Shown in pieces: positions 13,881 to 22,738 of a DNA stretch of 25,394 bases (positions are counted from its first letter, which is position 1; the number at the start of each line of letters is the position of its first letter). Source of the DNA: Promethearchaeota archaeon (GTDB lineage Archaea; Asgardarchaeota; Lokiarchaeia; Sigyniarchaeales; SOKP01); contig JBHLOY010000022.1 in NCBI GenBank assembly GCA_048939995.1, positions 1-25,394 of the forward strand, given 5' to 3'. The notes under the pieces are model-generated. The model worked only from the letters and a program-made list of their open reading frames with translations. It was not told the origin of the DNA and did no database searches. A program made the translations under genes and the position numbers.

Positions 13881-15734
13881 TTATTCAAAATCTTTAAGTA
13901 AATCTTCGATTTCTTTTATTTGATTATTAACATTTTCTTCAATTGTTATTAATCTTCTTTTCTTATCTTCAAGCTCTTTGGCAGTAATTTCTCCAGTTAA
14001 TTCTTTCATATCAAAATCTAATGACATTTTTGCAAGATAAGCTTTTTTGATTTTTAAGTCAATAAGTGATTTTTCTAAGCTTAACTTTTGGGGCACTTCA
14101 GTAGGAGCACTTTCTTTAGAAGCGGATAAAGTTTGTTCTGGAGGTATGGTTGGGGGAGATTGTTGGGTCGTAATCACTTTTATTGGTTCAGGTGGCTTTA
14201 TTGGTTCTATTGCTGATTCTAAAGGCATAACTGTTTTTGGCATCAATTTAGAAGGTGTTTCGATATTTTCACTTTTCACTTCTTGGTTAGTCACTTGAGC
14301 ATACGGAGAAATTTGCAATTTTTCCCTGGCACCTTTAGGCACCTCGCTAATTGACTTAGGTCTTTGCTTTACCATAAAATCTTCAGGATTTAGATTTAAA
14401 CCAATTTTTTTAGGGACAGAAGATTCTACTTCTTGAGGGATTGGAGGTGAAATTTCAGTTTGAAGATTTTCAGATATAGTTTTTTCTTTAATTACCTTAA
14501 TAGGTTTTTTAAGTGTTGAAGACTTAACTTTAAATGCTTGTAAAGGAATTTCTAGCTTTTTAAGAGCGATAGGTTTCCCCAGGTGTTGTTTAAATGCCTT
14601 AGAACCTTCAACTTCAGGACTATCTTCTACTGAAGGCGTTGAAGGCGCCACTGGAGTTTCAACACCCTGACTTGTTGGAGGCGATGCAGGTGAAATTTGT
14701 GGGAGCATACCTAAAATTTTTTGTGATTTTTCGAAAAACTCTTTTCCTAATGAATCGTCTCCTAATTCTATGCATAAATCACAAATTATTTCAAATAATT
14801 TCGCAGCTTTTTCAAATTCAGCATTCTCTAATGCCTTTGCTGCTTCTTCTATATATGTATCTCTTTTTAATAGGGGTTGCAATAAAGGAGATACTTCTGC
14901 ACTCATTTCTAAAATATCTGCAATGATTGTAATCATTTTGTCTCTATTTACAGGATCTTTTGCGATCATAGAGTAGGTTTTTAAACCTAAAATTTTTTCT
15001 ATTTGATCTGGTTTCATTGCTGTCTCTAAATCTTGTTTATTTCCAATTATAGCGGTATGTGCATGGGGGGCTTGTACTTTTATTAATTCGAGAAAAAATT
15101 TGCTCTTTTCTACGTTTTCCAAACTAGAATCTGTAATTAAAAGGACAGCATCACTCCCTTTAATAAAATTATTCCAAAGATAGCTAAACTGTTCTTGGCC
15201 AGCAAAATCCCAAAGATGGAAATGCAATTTGCCAATTTTGATTGTTGCAATATCACCTGTAATAGTTGGAATATGTTGCAAAGGAATTTCTTCTGCCCTA
15301 ATAAGCCTAGTTAAAGTAGTTTTACCGACTCCCGAAAAACCAACTAATGATATTTTTGGTCGTAAATTTTTATGTGTTACATCAATTGTGGGATCAAAAA
15401 TTTCAAAAGTTTTTTCATCATATTTATGCATTATTATGTCTTCAAATAAATTTAGAAATTCTTTTCTACATTTTATCAATTCCTTCTTGACATTTTCAAA
15501 ATTATCAGTAAGACCGGTAACAAAAAGAAATATTAACTGTAATTTTGGTTCGGTAATAAAAGAGATCCTATATTTATAATAATCGTGATAATCTACACTA
15601 TCGGTTCCTTTAGCAAAAGCTTCTTTTATTAAATCCGTAAATAATGCTTTAAAAACATCATCCTTCAATGCTTTTCCAAATTGCCTATAATATAATAAAT
15701 CGTTAGCCTTATAGATATAAACCTGCCTTAAAAT
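13881..15734 (-). CDS. Longin-like domain + Arf-like small GTPase + helical (MIT/TPR-like) hairpin + Pro-rich linker + C-terminal coiled coil
   Basis: G1 GFSGVGKTT, G2 IPTITG, G3 WDFAGQ, G4 GNKQD. The N-terminal region has a longin-like pattern. The frame is open 22 codons upstream of the track's TTG (15668) to ATT at 15734, giving (M)LRQVYIYKANDLLYYRQFGKA and 617 aa in total. Confidence 0.82.
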   Translation of the reverse strand: MLRQVYIYKANDLLYYRQFGKALKDDVFKALFTDLIKEAFAKGTDSVDYHDYYKYRISFITEPKLQLIFLFVTGLTDNFENVKKELIKCRKEFLNLFEDIIMHKYDEKTFEIFDPTIDVTHKNLRPKISLVGFSGVGKTTLTRLIRAEEIPLQHIPTITGDIATIKIGKLHFHLWDFAGQEQFSYLWNNFIKGSDAVLLITDSSLENVEKSKFFLELIKVQAPHAHTAIIGNKQDLETAMKPDQIEKILGLKTYSMIAKDPVNRDKMITIIADILEMSAEVSPLLQPLLKRDTYIEEAAKALENAEFEKAAKLFEIICDLCIELGDDSLGKEFFEKSQKILGMLPQISPASPPTSQGVETPVAPSTPSVEDSPEVEGSKAFKQHLGKPIALKKLEIPLQAFKVKSSTLKKPIKVIKEKTISENLQTEISPPIPQEVESSVPKKIGLNLNPEDFMVKQRPKSISEVPKGAREKLQISPYAQVTNQEVKSENIETPSKLMPKTVMPLESAIEPIKPPEPIKVITTQQSPPTIPPEQTLSASKESAPTEVPQKLSLEKSLIDLKIKKAYLAKMSLDFDMKELTGEITAKELEDKKRRLITIEENVNNQIKEIEDLLKDFE

Positions 15735-15740
15735 TTAGAT

Positions 15741-15747
15741 TCACCAC
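15741..15747 (-). promoter_or_regulatory. Shine-Dalgarno motif GTGGTGA for the longin-GTPase
   Basis: Minus strand reads GTGGTGA-ATCTAA-ATT TTA AGG CAG, a 6-nt spacing to the ATT. It lies in the 24-nt gap after the roadblock gene. Confidence 0.65.
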
Positions 15748-15758
15748 AAAATTATCAT

Positions 15759-16250
15759 TTAACTCGAAATATATTTCACGAGATCTTTTATAATTGAATA
15801 TTTTTTATTCTTAGATTTTTCTTGTTGAATAACATCTTCGACTTTGTTGATCTCTTTTGAAAAATCAAAGATTGAAAATTCATTAATCTCCTGCCCTTTG
15901 GAAGTCTCTCCAAGTTTTTTTAAAAATACACTGATACTTGGCATAAATTTAGCTAAATTGACATCTAAATTTAGTTTTGAAATTAAAATTAAATTATTAT
16001 TAAATGTAAATAAATAATTATAATCTTGAGCCTCTATGGCAAATGAGTTAATTCTTTTTAAATTTAAGTCTTTAGCGATATGCTGAGAGTTGGCAATTAG
16101 GGAAAGAATTTTTTGAGGAATAACTTTCCCCTTAGAAAATTCTTTAATAGCAGAGCTAAGAATTATTCCATATTTATTCGCGATTGCGCATTCTGAATTT
16201 AATTCTGCTTTCAATTGTGAGATGATATTATCGTAATTTATTTCTCTCAT
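15759..16250 (-). CDS. Roadblock/LC7 (MglB/LAMTOR-like) domain protein with C-terminal helical extension
   Basis: Helix, then AIANKYGIILSS (beta hairpin with conserved G), helix, LKRINSFAIEAQDYNYLF, LILISKL, and VNLAKF..helix: the roadblock secondary-structure pattern. Directly upstream of a small GTPase. Confidence 0.7.
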   Translation of the reverse strand: MREINYDNIISQLKAELNSECAIANKYGIILSSAIKEFSKGKVIPQKILSLIANSQHIAKDLNLKRINSFAIEAQDYNYLFTFNNNLILISKLNLDVNLAKFMPSISVFLKKLGETSKGQEINEFSIFDFSKEINKVEDVIQQEKSKNKKYSIIKDLVKYISS

Positions 16251-16358
16251 GGTTTACAAATATCTTTTTTGATTAAATAATAACCGATAATTTATTTATA
16301 TTTATTTGAAGTATATTTTTAAGATTCAATATGTTTTATATTCTAATAGAAGATAACT

Positions 16359-17144
16359 ATGCAAATATATAAATTTCATTTTATTGAAAAACAATCAAAT
16401 ATAACAATTATTTCAGAATCCAAACATGCCATTTTAAGAGCAAAAAAAGAATTTTATTATCAAAGGCAGCTTTTAGAGGACTATATATCTCATCATAAAG
16501 AATTTCTAACTTCTTTTTCTCCTGTAAGAGTTCAAACTGAATATGAGGTGGTTAATTTAATGGCCCAAGGGGCATTTTTATGTGATGTAGGTCCAATGGC
16601 AACTGTAGCGGGAGCTTTTGCAGATATAATGCTTAAAATAATGAAATCTTATATTTCTGAATTTAATATAGCAAAAATCGCATTGATTGAAAACGGTGGA
16701 GAAGTAGCAAATGATTCAGAGAAAACCATGAAAGTTGCTCTATTTGCTGGAAATAACCAGTTAAGCATAAAAATTGGGTTTTTGCTTAAAAAAGAAGATT
16801 CTCCAATTGGTATTGCAACTAGTTCTGCTACTATAGGACATGCAATTAGTTTAGGTGAAGCAGATGCTGTAACCATTTTTGCTAATACTACTACTATTGC
16901 TGATGGAGCATCAACTAGAGTTTGTAATCTTGTCAAAGGACTTGATATTGAAAAGTCTATTAAGAGAGCATTGGATACTGTTGATGACATGGAGGGTGTA
17001 AAAGGCGCTTTTATAAGTCGCCAGAATATGGTAGGTCTTACAGGAAAAATCCCCGAGATTTTTAGGTTAAATGAAGAGAATGGCTTAGAATTAAAGAAGA
17101 AGTTGGAATATCAATTTCCTGAGAATTTTGAGATTATTAAATAA
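16359..17144 (+). CDS. UPF0280 / ApbE-like family protein
   Basis: VGPMATVAGA, ENGGE, GIATSSATIGHAISLGEADAVT and ADGAST motifs. Overlaps the convergent gene by 8 nt. Confidence 0.88.
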   Translation: MQIYKFHFIEKQSNITIISESKHAILRAKKEFYYQRQLLEDYISHHKEFLTSFSPVRVQTEYEVVNLMAQGAFLCDVGPMATVAGAFADIMLKIMKSYISEFNIAKIALIENGGEVANDSEKTMKVALFAGNNQLSIKIGFLLKKEDSPIGIATSSATIGHAISLGEADAVTIFANTTTIADGASTRVCNLVKGLDIEKSIKRALDTVDDMEGVKGAFISRQNMVGLTGKIPEIFRLNEENGLELKKKLEYQFPENFEIIK

Positions 17145-19395
17145 CCCAATAATATGGAAATATTATGCCACTCTCACTTTTAGAGGAGCAAATTTTATTT
17201 AAATAATTCATATTGTAATATGCTTCCATTTCTTCTGCTGTTAATCTCTCATAGACATCAAATCCACTAAAAGCTAAATAATTATCATCTAAAATTAGAT
17301 AAATATTTGTGTTTAGAGATTGCTTCATTTGCTGTAATTTATTCGTACCATTTGCATAAAAATGGTCACTCGGTTTAAAATAACCTTTTGGTTCTTGTAT
17401 AAAATCTAGAAGGTCTCTCACTAAAAGACTTTTATTTTGAGCATCAAAAGGATATTTATAATACATAACAACATAAGGGATTCCAAATTCACAAATCAAA
17501 AAATTTCTATCATCAGTAAAATTTGAATACCATTGAAGTGAATATACTTCTCTTCGATGTAAGCTATATTCTTGATCATCAATATCCAGCAGTTGGTCAG
17601 AGAATTGGGCAATAAACATGAAAATAATCACACTAAGAATGAAAACTTTAATCCTAAGTTTAGATATGGATTTTAACTTAAACAACTTATATAAATAAGA
17701 TATAAATCCAAAAATTACCACTGGTGAGAATAATAAAAGTATTCTTCCAGACCAATATTGATGTAGTACAAAAATGTCTAATGAAAAAGCTCCTAAATAA
17801 ATAATTGTCAAACCAAGAAACCATAGAGCTAATGGTTTTCCTCGGGGAACTTTCTGAAAAGTGATTAAACCCCAGATTCCGAAATAGAAAAGAACAGTAC
17901 TATCAATTAGTATTAAAATTTTTGAAAAGTTTACATTCCAACTTTCTATATTAAAGATTATAAAAATAATGACCATTATACTAATTACAGCAAAAAGAAC
18001 TGGAAAAGCTAATTTATCTTCTGCTATTTTATAATATCTATATTTTTGACCCGTAATTATTGATTTGAACTGATTTTTCTCAAATCTAATTCCAGTTCGT
18101 AGTTTTAAAATTAAAAATAATCCTAAAATCCCTGCAAATACCAATAAAAACCAAGGTAATGCTAGAATGTCAACTATCTTCCAATGGGCACTTATTTCGC
18201 TAAAATTAAATAAAGCTAGAAATATGCCCAAGCAGATACATAGAATTAAAAAATCAAAACCCCTCTTATAACTTCTTGCAAAATAGATTAAAAAAATAAA
18301 TGTAAATGATACAATAAAAATGGTAGCTATAAGGGAATGAGTAAATAATGCACTAATAAATATTAAGATAATTAAACTATATGATAGGATAAGATTTGTT
18401 AAAATATCTTTTCTAGTAGGTTTGTCTTCTTTTATGAAGTTTTCTAGCCTTAAATATAGTATAAATAAAATATGTAGAGATTGAATAGTTGCTAAAGAAG
18501 TTGGCCAAAATTGATACATCATATTACTAAAACCTAATGAGGTAAATTCTAAAATAAAAACTCCAAAAATAGCCAAATTTCGGCTTTTAAAAATTCTTTT
18601 TAAAAGATTGTAAATTATTAGTCCAGAAGCTAAAAAAGTATAAAATGAAAAGAATTTTGCTATTATTAAATGGTCTATACCCGTAAAAAAGTAAATAATT
18701 GCAGTAAAAAGATGTAAACCTAAAGCTCCAAAGTATTGTTCCACTGGTAAATAATTGAGAGAACTGATCATCTTACTCATAAAAACATGGTACATTGCAT
18801 CAGTTCCATAGAAATAACTAAATCTGACTCCATGAAGAATGGAAAGTAATATCAGAAAACATATAACTAACAAACTAACTAATGGAATCCTTTTCTTAAT
18901 GTAATTCAGTAAGGAAAAGTTTTGTTTATTAGTAGTTTTCTTTTCTGATTTCAGAAATAAATTTAGATTCTTTCTTTTTTCGATAAAAATAATATAAATG
19001 ATTAAAACAAAGTAAGCAATAGTTATAATAACTATAAAAAATGAGCCCGTGATGGGAATACCCAGTAAATTTCCTAAATATCCTAATAAAATATAGAAAG
19101 TTAAATTACTTATAATAGTTAAACTAGCTTTTTCTAAAAAGCTAAAACCCTTTTCTTTCAAAATGATATAATATAGAGGATAAAAAGGTAAAAAAAGTAA
19201 TATTACAGCGGTACTTATTAACAATATTATTCCAAAAAGAAATTCTAAAACGCTATTTTGTAATTGAAAATTTACCTGGAAAAAAACGAATAATAAAGCT
19301 AAGGCTGATATGATAAACATCACAATCTGCTTTCTATGGTATAAAGAAAATAATAAGGTGTTAAATTTTTCTTTCATAGATGAAGAATTTCTCAT
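17137..19395 (-). CDS. Polytopic membrane protein, probable GT-C-fold glycosyltransferase-like
   Basis: Many hydrophobic helices and an N-terminal DUF1616-like LFLP..LEK motif. External loop GTDAMYH (D-x-x-YH as in GT-C first loops). C-terminal soluble domain EVYSLQWYSNFT..LICEFG. Sits next to NDP-sugar genes. Confidence 0.55.
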   Translation of the reverse strand: MRNSSSMKEKFNTLLFSLYHRKQIVMFIISALALLFVFFQVNFQLQNSVLEFLFGIILLISTAVILLFLPFYPLYYIILKEKGFSFLEKASLTIISNLTFYILLGYLGNLLGIPITGSFFIVIITIAYFVLIIYIIFIEKRKNLNLFLKSEKKTTNKQNFSLLNYIKKRIPLVSLLVICFLILLSILHGVRFSYFYGTDAMYHVFMSKMISSLNYLPVEQYFGALGLHLFTAIIYFFTGIDHLIIAKFFSFYTFLASGLIIYNLLKRIFKSRNLAIFGVFILEFTSLGFSNMMYQFWPTSLATIQSLHILFILYLRLENFIKEDKPTRKDILTNLILSYSLIILIFISALFTHSLIATIFIVSFTFIFLIYFARSYKRGFDFLILCICLGIFLALFNFSEISAHWKIVDILALPWFLLVFAGILGLFLILKLRTGIRFEKNQFKSIITGQKYRYYKIAEDKLAFPVLFAVISIMVIIFIIFNIESWNVNFSKILILIDSTVLFYFGIWGLITFQKVPRGKPLALWFLGLTIIYLGAFSLDIFVLHQYWSGRILLLFSPVVIFGFISYLYKLFKLKSISKLRIKVFILSVIIFMFIAQFSDQLLDIDDQEYSLHRREVYSLQWYSNFTDDRNFLICEFGIPYVVMYYKYPFDAQNKSLLVRDLLDFIQEPKGYFKPSDHFYANGTNKLQQMKQSLNTNIYLILDDNYLAFSGFDVYERLTAEEMEAYYNMNYLNKICSSKSESGIIFPYYWVI

Positions 19396-19558
19396 AATCT
19401 AATTGAGAATGTAATTTAATAATTTAATATAAATTTATTTAGTTTCGTTTGTAAGATTCATTATATTCTATTATAAGGTTTCTATGTAATATAATGTACT
19501 AACTTTTTAATTTTATAAATGTATTAGTTTACTAAGATAATAATATTATTTATTAATT

Positions 19559-20539
19559 ATGTTAAAAAATAAAACAATTCTTATTACTGGAGCTGCTGGT
19601 TTTATTGGATCTCATTTAACTGAAATTTTACTTAAGAACAAAAACTTTCTAATTTTGATCGATAATTTCAATGATTATTATCAAGGAAAGGAAGAAAGAT
19701 TAGCAGCTATACTAAATAATTACAAATTCACTAAGGATTACATACTTTTAAAAAAGGATCTTTTAGATTCATCGGTTTTTAATCAAGTTGATAAGCATAT
19801 TGATGTAATGTATCATTTAGCAGCTCAAGCAGGTGTGAGGTATTCTACTAAACATCCCATTAAAGTCGCACATAATAATATCATTAGTACAGTTAATCTA
19901 TTTGAATTTTCTCGCCAACTTGATGAAATTAGTAAAATTGTATATGCCTCATCATCATCAGTATATGGGAATCCAATTTACACTCCCTGTGATGAAAATC
20001 ATCCGAAAGTTCCGATATCTGCTTATGCTATATCTAAATTAACTGGTGAAGTATATGCTGACTTTTATTATCGTGAATTTAACTTGCCAATTACTTCTTT
20101 AAGATTTTATACTGTATATGGACCAAGAGGAAGACCGGATATGGCTATATATAAGTTCTTTGAGTTAATGTATCAAAATAAAGAAATACCGATTTATGGA
20201 GATGGAGAACAAGTTAGGGATTTTACTTATATTTCCGATATCGTTGATGGTATGATTTTAGCTGGTGAAAAAGATGAGTCTATAGGGGAGATATTCAATT
20301 TAGGATGCTCAAATCCCTTAAAAGTAAATGATTTAGTTGATAAAATGTATAAAATAACAAATAAACCTAAAAGAATAAAATACTTACCAAAACAGAAAGG
20401 TGATGTTGATTTGACTCATTCAGATATAACTAAAGCGAAGAAAATGTTAAATTTCAAACCCAAAATAGATATAGAAGAAGGCTTAAGATTACAACACCAA
20501 TGGCAATTAAAAAATTTTGAGAAATCAACAAAAATTTAA
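19559..20539 (+). CDS. NAD-dependent epimerase/dehydratase, UDP-glucuronate 4-epimerase-like (extended SDR)
   Basis: TGAAGFIG, HLAAQAGVRYS, ASSSSVYG, YAISK, RFYTVYGPRGRPDMA and RDFTY motifs. Confidence 0.88.
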   Translation: MLKNKTILITGAAGFIGSHLTEILLKNKNFLILIDNFNDYYQGKEERLAAILNNYKFTKDYILLKKDLLDSSVFNQVDKHIDVMYHLAAQAGVRYSTKHPIKVAHNNIISTVNLFEFSRQLDEISKIVYASSSSVYGNPIYTPCDENHPKVPISAYAISKLTGEVYADFYYREFNLPITSLRFYTVYGPRGRPDMAIYKFFELMYQNKEIPIYGDGEQVRDFTYISDIVDGMILAGEKDESIGEIFNLGCSNPLKVNDLVDKMYKITNKPKRIKYLPKQKGDVDLTHSDITKAKKMLNFKPKIDIEEGLRLQHQWQLKNFEKSTKI

Positions 20540-20732
20540 AAAGAAGATTAAAGAATTACTCCTATATTTTAAAATATCTAGTTTTATACTAAATAAAAAG
20601 CAAATTCATCCCTAATCTATGGGATCTTGGAAAAATTAACCACTAGAATAAATTTTTATTAAATTAATACCAATTATATTATTATACTAAACTTTTAATC
20701 ATACTAGAAATTTTTCGATCTGGGCTTTTATT

Positions 20733-21599
20733 TTGAAAACTCTAATGAGCAGCAATAATGTAGATAATATTACAGATGAAAAGATAGTTAAATTTCAAAA
20801 AAAATTTCACGATTTTAGCGAATTATTTAAATCTCTCGAAGATTTTGAATCTCATAAAAATACTACTATCCTTTCTATAATCCTTCCAATGTATAATGAG
20901 GAGAAAACAATCCGAAATGTATTAGAAAGTTTACCAGATCATAAATCCATTGAGATTATTGTTATTGATGACAAATCTACTGATAATAGTATAGAAGAGA
21001 TTAAAAAGGTTAATTCTACTAATGGTATTCGAATCCTTCAGCATAGTAAAAATAAGGGATATGGAGGAGCTATTACTACAGGGATGAGAAATGCTAAAGG
21101 AGAAATCATTGTATGCATGGATAGTGATGGACAACATAGTTCTGATGATATATATGAGCTAATTAAACCAATTATAAAAGGAGAATCAGATATTACAATC
21201 GGATCAAGATATCTAGGTAGTTACAATTATCCTTTACCTTTATTGAGACAAATCGGAGAAATTCTTGCAGAAAAAGTCTTAAGAATTTTTTTCAAGTTAA
21301 AGGTTAAAAACAATCAAAATGGTTTTCGGGCTTATAATAGAAGAGCTATTAAAATATTGAAAAGGGCGCTTTATCCTGATTATGCTTTTTGTACAGAACA
21401 AATATTAAAAGCTTCAGTATATGGTTTAAAAATCAAAGAGTGCCCTATAAAAGTATCTGGGCGACAACATGGGACTTCAAAGCTAACCATAATTAAGCTT
21501 GCACTAAACATCTTTTCTTGTTTATTACTATATTACTTTAGGAAAATTGAAGTAAATACTGCCAAAAAAAGTAAAAGTTTTTTCTCAATTATTTTCTAA
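20733..21599 (+). CDS. GT2 glycosyltransferase, polyprenol-phosphate sugar synthase (DPM1-like)
   Basis: SIILPMYNEE, DDKSTD, NKGYGGA, DSDGQH, GSRY, NGFRAY and R..GTSK motifs. Start is possibly ATG at 20745. Confidence 0.88.
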   Translation: MKTLMSSNNVDNITDEKIVKFQKKFHDFSELFKSLEDFESHKNTTILSIILPMYNEEKTIRNVLESLPDHKSIEIIVIDDKSTDNSIEEIKKVNSTNGIRILQHSKNKGYGGAITTGMRNAKGEIIVCMDSDGQHSSDDIYELIKPIIKGESDITIGSRYLGSYNYPLPLLRQIGEILAEKVLRIFFKLKVKNNQNGFRAYNRRAIKILKRALYPDYAFCTEQILKASVYGLKIKECPIKVSGRQHGTSKLTIIKLALNIFSCLLLYYFRKIEVNTAKKSKSFFSIIF

Positions 21600-21664
21600 G
21601 ATCTCATAATTACCATTTTAATATATTCATAAAATTTTTGATAGGTTAATCCTATTATACTCCT

Positions 21665-22735
21665 ATGAAAAAAATAATCACTTGTATAGGAATCCGGCCT
21701 GATATAATACGATTATCTCAAATAATTAAAAAGTTAGATAAATATTTTGAAAACATTATCGTTGATAGTGGTCAACACTATGATTATAATCTAAATAAAA
21801 TTTTTTATGATCAATTAGGAGTAAGAATACCAGAGTATAACCTTAACATAAAGAGTGGAACCCATTCGAGCCAAGTGGGAAGATTAATGATTGAATTTGA
21901 AAAAGTCCTATTAAAAGAAAGCCCTGAATTTGTCATTGTGCTCGGTGATAATAATAGTAGCTTAGGGTTTGCCTTAGCAACGTCTAAATTAAATATTCCT
22001 TTAGTCCATATTGAAGCAGGTATGAGAAGTAAGAATTGGATCATGCCAGAAGAAAAGAATCGTAAAATAATCGATCATTTAGCTGATATGAATCTGTGTT
22101 ACCTCACCGAGCATAAGCAAAATCTATTAAGAGAAGGATTAAATCCAAGAAGATGTTGGGTAATTGGGAATCCTATTTTAGAGGTTGTGAATGCTGTCAA
22201 AACTTCATTTAAACAAACCAATTCTTTTTACCTTGTTACGTGTCATCGGGCTGAAAATACAGAAATAGAGGAAAATCTTAAAATTATCCTTGGTTTTTTA
22301 GGAGAGTTATATAGAAGAAAAGAAATTGAAATTAAATTTATCCTTATGCCAAAAACTAAAAATATGATGGAGAAATATAAATTAGAATTTCCAAAGGGTA
22401 TTAATCCAATCCCCCCACAAGGTTTTTTGGAATTTCTCGGGATGGAAAAAGAAGCTAAATTAGTGATAACTGATAGTGGGACTGTTGTTGAGGAATGTGC
22501 TATTTTAGGAACTTCCTGCTTGACAATAAGAGAAAGCACAGAACGGGTCGATCTAATCGAGCTTGGCGTGAATTTATTAACAGGTATGAACATCGATCAA
22601 ATGCTTGATTCAGCAGAATTAGCATTATCTAATAAAGTCGAGCCAGTCTCTCATTATGGTGAAAATATCTCAAATAAGATTTGTAGTATTTTAATAGGGA
22701 ATTCTATTAATTTCTATAGAAATGCTGAAAGATAA
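21665..22735 (+). CDS. Non-hydrolysing UDP-N-acetylhexosamine 2-epimerase (WecB family; CapG/FnlC/QnlB-like subtype)
   Basis: GIRPDIIRLS, GQHYD, LGDNNS, HIEAGMRS, PEEKNR, GNP, CHRAEN, TDSGT..EE and R.STER motifs. IIRLS and TDSGT are typical of the CapG/FnlC subtype. Confidence 0.88.
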   Translation: MKKIITCIGIRPDIIRLSQIIKKLDKYFENIIVDSGQHYDYNLNKIFYDQLGVRIPEYNLNIKSGTHSSQVGRLMIEFEKVLLKESPEFVIVLGDNNSSLGFALATSKLNIPLVHIEAGMRSKNWIMPEEKNRKIIDHLADMNLCYLTEHKQNLLREGLNPRRCWVIGNPILEVVNAVKTSFKQTNSFYLVTCHRAENTEIEENLKIILGFLGELYRRKEIEIKFILMPKTKNMMEKYKLEFPKGINPIPPQGFLEFLGMEKEAKLVITDSGTVVEECAILGTSCLTIRESTERVDLIELGVNLLTGMNIDQMLDSAELALSNKVEPVSHYGENISNKICSILIGNSINFYRNAER

Positions 22736-22738
22736 TTG

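Noticed and set aside
14085-14700. ESCRT-recruiting P(S/T)AP or MIM2 motifs in the Pro-rich linker of the GTPase
   Set aside because: No exact P(S/T)AP is present. The EVP-containing segments only loosely match MIM2 (L/V)Px(V/L)P.
323-22593. Short ORFs in the track overlapping long genes on the opposite strand (e.g. 323-559, 2496-2723, 2794-3021, 2889-3095, 3532-3780, 4027-4293, 4055-4261, 6352-6618, 8154-8378, 12717-12983, 14047-14298, 14639-14926, 14770-14976, 15229-15579, 16649-16990, 20931-21137, 21811-22044, 22243-22593)
   Set aside because: All are antisense shadows of well-supported genes, mostly with S/F/I/L-rich composition and no recognisable motifs.
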